Shown here one piece after another: positions 60,764-64,000 of a stretch of DNA of 64,000 bases (position 1 is the first letter of the stretch; every line of letters starts with the position of its first letter). The stretch lies in the NCBI RefSeq assembly GCF_009914755.1, contig NC_060927.1. One strand, given 5' to 3'. This stretch comes from the human T2T-CHM13v2.0 reference genome, Homo sapiens. The notes beneath the pieces were generated by a model. That model was not told the origin of the DNA. It saw nothing but the letters and a program-made list of their open reading frames with translations, and ran no database searches. Made by a program: the position numbers and the translations under genes.

Positions 60764-61289
60764 GTAACCTGCCAGGGCCTGGGCAAGATGCAGGGGGAGG
60801 TGTGGCCTGGGCCCAGGACTCTGCTGAGTCTGCAGGGCCCTCGTCCCTGAGCCATGTCTGTGGGTGACACCCATGTGGCCTGTGCAGACATGTCAGACTC
60901 CATGGCCCACCCAGCCCTCCATTTCCCTTGGTTACTGGATATGTCCTCTGGGCCCAGCTGCATGGCAACTGTGCTCCCACCGCACCTTAGCTCTGAATGC
61001 CACCCCTGTCTCTACCAAACAAAGCCAGCTCATCCTCCCAGGCCCAGCAAAGAGGCCACCTCTTCCCCTCAGCCCTCCTGCTCTCTTCCTCTGCTGAACT
61101 CCAGATTTCTCTGGGCTTCTCATTTGGCATGTCTTAGTCTGCATTGTCTCATGACTTTTCCTTCCTTTACTAATTCGTTCATTCATTCATTCATTCATTC
61201 AACAAACTGTGCCAAGCACCAGAGCAATGCTGGGCAGCAGAGCTATAGGAAGAGGTGGGGAGAGTCTGCTGTGGAGGTCACAGGTGATG

Positions 61290-61480
61290 AGTGGGAGTCA
61301 CAGAACACGGACTCTGATATTAGACAGCCTGAAGTCCAAGTCCTGGCTCCACTGCTTACCAGCTGTGCTACCTTGGGCAAGTTACTTAACCTCTCTGAGC
61401 CTGGGACTTCACAGGCTCGGAGTGAGGATTGAATGATGCAGTTTGCACAGAGGGCTTAGCACAGGACCTGGCACATTGCA
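61290..61480 (+). mobile_element. MIR
   Basis: GCTGTGCTACCTTGGGCAAGTTACTTAACCTCTCTGAGCCT core. Confidence 0.8.
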
Positions 61481-61657
61481 AGGGCCCCAAGCAACATGTG
61501 GGGAGGGGCGTGGAACAGGTAACAGCCGGCCATCTGGGGATGAAGGCCATGGGGTGGGGGCGTGGTCATAAGGGTTGGGTCCCAGATGACAAGGGCAGCT
61601 GAATGGAGAGGGATGCAGTGCAGCCGCACCTGCCCTCTCGGCCACCTGGCTCTGCAG

Positions 61658-61830
61658 GGTGGTGGTGACCATCAACAAGAAGAGGAACCTGGTGGTGTCT
61701 GTGGACGACGGTGGCACCTTTGAGGTTGTTTTGCACCGAGTGTGGAAGGGGAGCTCGGTCCACCAGGACTTCCTGGGCTTCTATGTGCTGGACAGTCATC
61801 GGATGTCAGCCCGGACGCACGGGCTGCTGG
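61658..61830 (+). CDS. ITIH1: ITIH1 exon 20
   Basis: [10 protein letters not shown]...ARTHGLL. Confidence 0.96.
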
Positions 61831-62425
61831 GTACGGCTGGCCAGGCTGGCAGGGCTGTGGGGAAGGGTGTTGAAGCCAGAGGACATGTGGGACCTGGGGC
61901 CACCGGTCAGTTCTATAGCTGGGCACCAGGACAGGCCCACCTCCAGTGTGGCCTCCAAGGAGCAGAGCCGTCTGAGGGGCTGTGTTGGTGAGGCTGTGAG
62001 CAAACACACAGTGAAACAAACGCTTAAGCGAGCCTGGGAGCAAGTGAGGGGCAGAGGTCTGATCGCAAAAAGAAAGGCCCAGAGGGTTCCCAGGAACCTT
62101 GTGAGTAGGGTGGGTCACTGACCACACTGCTCCTGTGTGGCCTTTCTACAGACACTGCTCTCTATGGGCACCTGCCCTCAAACCTCTCTCCCCAGACAGA
62201 TCCCGTTTTAAAAGACAGGAGGTAGGACCACCTAGAAATGTATCTACTTCTCTATAGCAAGTGAACCAAAGGTAGCTTTTCATGCTGGGACTGTTAGCAG
62301 AAACAGTCAAGCCCTGGAAAAAAAGCGGTCCAGCAATGCTCTAACCCCGCAGTGAGCACCTGCTGAGTGCAGGGCAGGAGCAAGTCCCCGAGATGGTAAC
62401 CGCTGTCTCCAATGTGCCTTTCTAG

Positions 62426-62537
62426 GGCAATTTTTCCACCCCATCGGTTTTGAAGTGTCTGACATCCACCCAGGCTCTGACCCCACAAAGCCAGATGCCA
62501 CGATGGTGGTGAGGAACCGCCGGCTCACGGTCACCAG
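62426..62537 (+). CDS. ITIH1: ITIH1 exon 21
   Basis: [10 protein letters not shown]...RRLTVT. Confidence 0.96.
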
Positions 62538-62690
62538 GTGGGTGGGCTGCTTGCCCAGCACGTCTGCCCTCGGCCACTTTGTAGTTCTTCCAGGTCTTCC
62601 TCCAGGTGTCACATGGGTGGGGTGAGCTTCCTGGGGAGGTGCTGCCCTACTGGTCCGAAGGGTGACCCCAGCTGACTTGTCTCTGCACAG

Positions 62691-62820
62691 GGGTTTGCAA
62701 AAAGACTACAGCAAGGACCCGTGGCATGGGGCCGAGGTGTCCTGCTGGTTCATTCACAACAATGGGGCTGGACTCATCGATGGTGCCTACACTGATTATA
62801 TCGTCCCCGACATCTTCTGA
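62691..62820 (+). CDS. ITIH1: ITIH1 exon 22 (coding part)
   Basis: [11 protein letters not shown]...YIVPDIF-TGA. Confidence 0.96.
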
Positions 62821-62950
62821 GCCCTCTGGCCAGCACGCCTGTCCTCCCCCGGGGCCAAGGCAGAGGAGGAGGACGACATCCTGACCTGCTGCTGAGGCTG
62901 TACCTCCTTGACTAAGCTGGTTCCTTGTGTCAAAGCACCTCATGCCTTCC

Positions 62951-62956
62951 ATTAAA
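62951..62956 (+). terminator. ITIH1: ITIH1 poly(A) signal (ATTAAA variant)
   Basis: ATTAAA 130 nt after the stop codon. Confidence 0.75.
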
Positions 62957-64000
62957 GAGAGGCCGTGTCCACCCTGAGCTGGCTGATTTTGGGGAGGGAG
63001 GATGGCAGGGAGGCAGCCCAAGATGCTGCCCCTCAGATGGACTAAGGGGTTACAACAGACCCAGGGAGAGGAGAAGCAGGTCAGAGGCTGGGAAGAAAGC
63101 TCACACCATTTCCCTGCTGAGGGTTTGTAACGTCTGGCAGCCAGGCTGGTATTTTCCAAAGGCAGAGATGGTCCCTGCCCAGAAGCTGTGATTTCAGGGG
63201 GCCAGGAGTGGCACCCTACCATCTCCTCATGTGAATGCCTGGAATTACCCCATCAGGGTCCCCTCCCTTGGCTTGACCTTGGGGCCCAGTCAAAACACAA
63301 TGTCACAGGTGCAGGGAGGTGAGCCACACGTCAGAGAGCTCTGTGTGTGAATGCGCACAGGCCTCCACCCACTGCTTTCCAGAGGCTTTCTGCTTTTTCT
63401 TGCTAGTTTCTGTCCAGTTTCCACTATAAATGAGGCTCACAAGGGACCAGACAGAACAAGGACTGGTTTTGAGGGCCTGGATCAATAACACCAATGCTGA
63501 GCTCAAAGGCTGCCCCAGGCCCTATGAACACAGAGCCCCTAGCGGCAGGCTGTGGGGCGGCCAGCCCACCTTCCCAGGTATCCTGGGGTTCTCCAGGAAG
63601 AGCTGTGAGCTGCCAGCTGTCGGGGTCACCCTTGGCAAGGCCTGCCCAATGGGGGCCTCATCTCCCTCTCCTGTAGAATGGAAAGGCGGTGAACCCAAAG
63701 ATCTCTTAGATTCCGTCTAATTATAAAGTCTGCATGACGACTCTGGTTCCTCCAAGTCCCCAGCCATCCCTTGAGGCTGCTTGAGCAGCTACAGAATCCC
63801 TATTTCGAGTTGTCCGTCTCCCCAAACTCCAGGCACTTGGGGATGAGGCAGTGGTCCAGATGAGAGAGTACAGGAGAAGCTCTGCAGGCAGCTGCAGGTC
63901 CGTGAGGAGGAGCCATTGGGCAACAGTGCCAGCCACCCAGTGCCAGCAGCCACAGGACTGAAAACATCCCAGAAGCCAGGAAATGAGGACACGGCAGCTC

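Noticed and set aside
63000-64000. ITIH3 promoter or first exon, including a TATAAA at 63722
   Set aside because: No signal-peptide ORF in the window; ITIH3 is expected further right, and the motif alone is not evidence.

Overview
Human genomic DNA that I recognise from the encoded proteins as the 3p21.1 NEK4-ITIH1 locus. The minus strand carries NEK4 coding exons 1-15 (ATG at 41653; 2433 nt = 811 codons; the last exon lies left of the window), including an Alu-derived cassette exon. The plus strand carries the complete 22-exon ITIH1 CDS (48527-62820; 2736 nt = 911 aa + stop). All exon boundaries were read as GT-AG with consistent phases. NEK4 introns are dense in Alu, L1 and LTR sequence and hold three processed pseudogenes, all antisense to NEK4: a ZNF610-like KRAB-ZNF retrocopy, an AK3 retrocopy nested inside it, and an AKTIP retrocopy. 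The least expected observations are: (1) an L1-derived fold-back inverted repeat whose arm mismatches are strongly skewed to G.T on the + strand; (2) three tiny A-tailed, TSD-flanked mini-insertions, one a double hairpin and one a canonical G-quadruplex motif; (3) a decayed duplicate of the NEK4 exon 6 3' end; (4) a 26-bp templated insertion copied from 3 kb away; (5) an Hsmar1/MADE1 terminal repeat in the ITIH1 promoter. I found no new protein-coding system. Repeat-family and parent-gene names come from remembered consensus and protein sequences, not from database searches; repeat boundaries are approximate.
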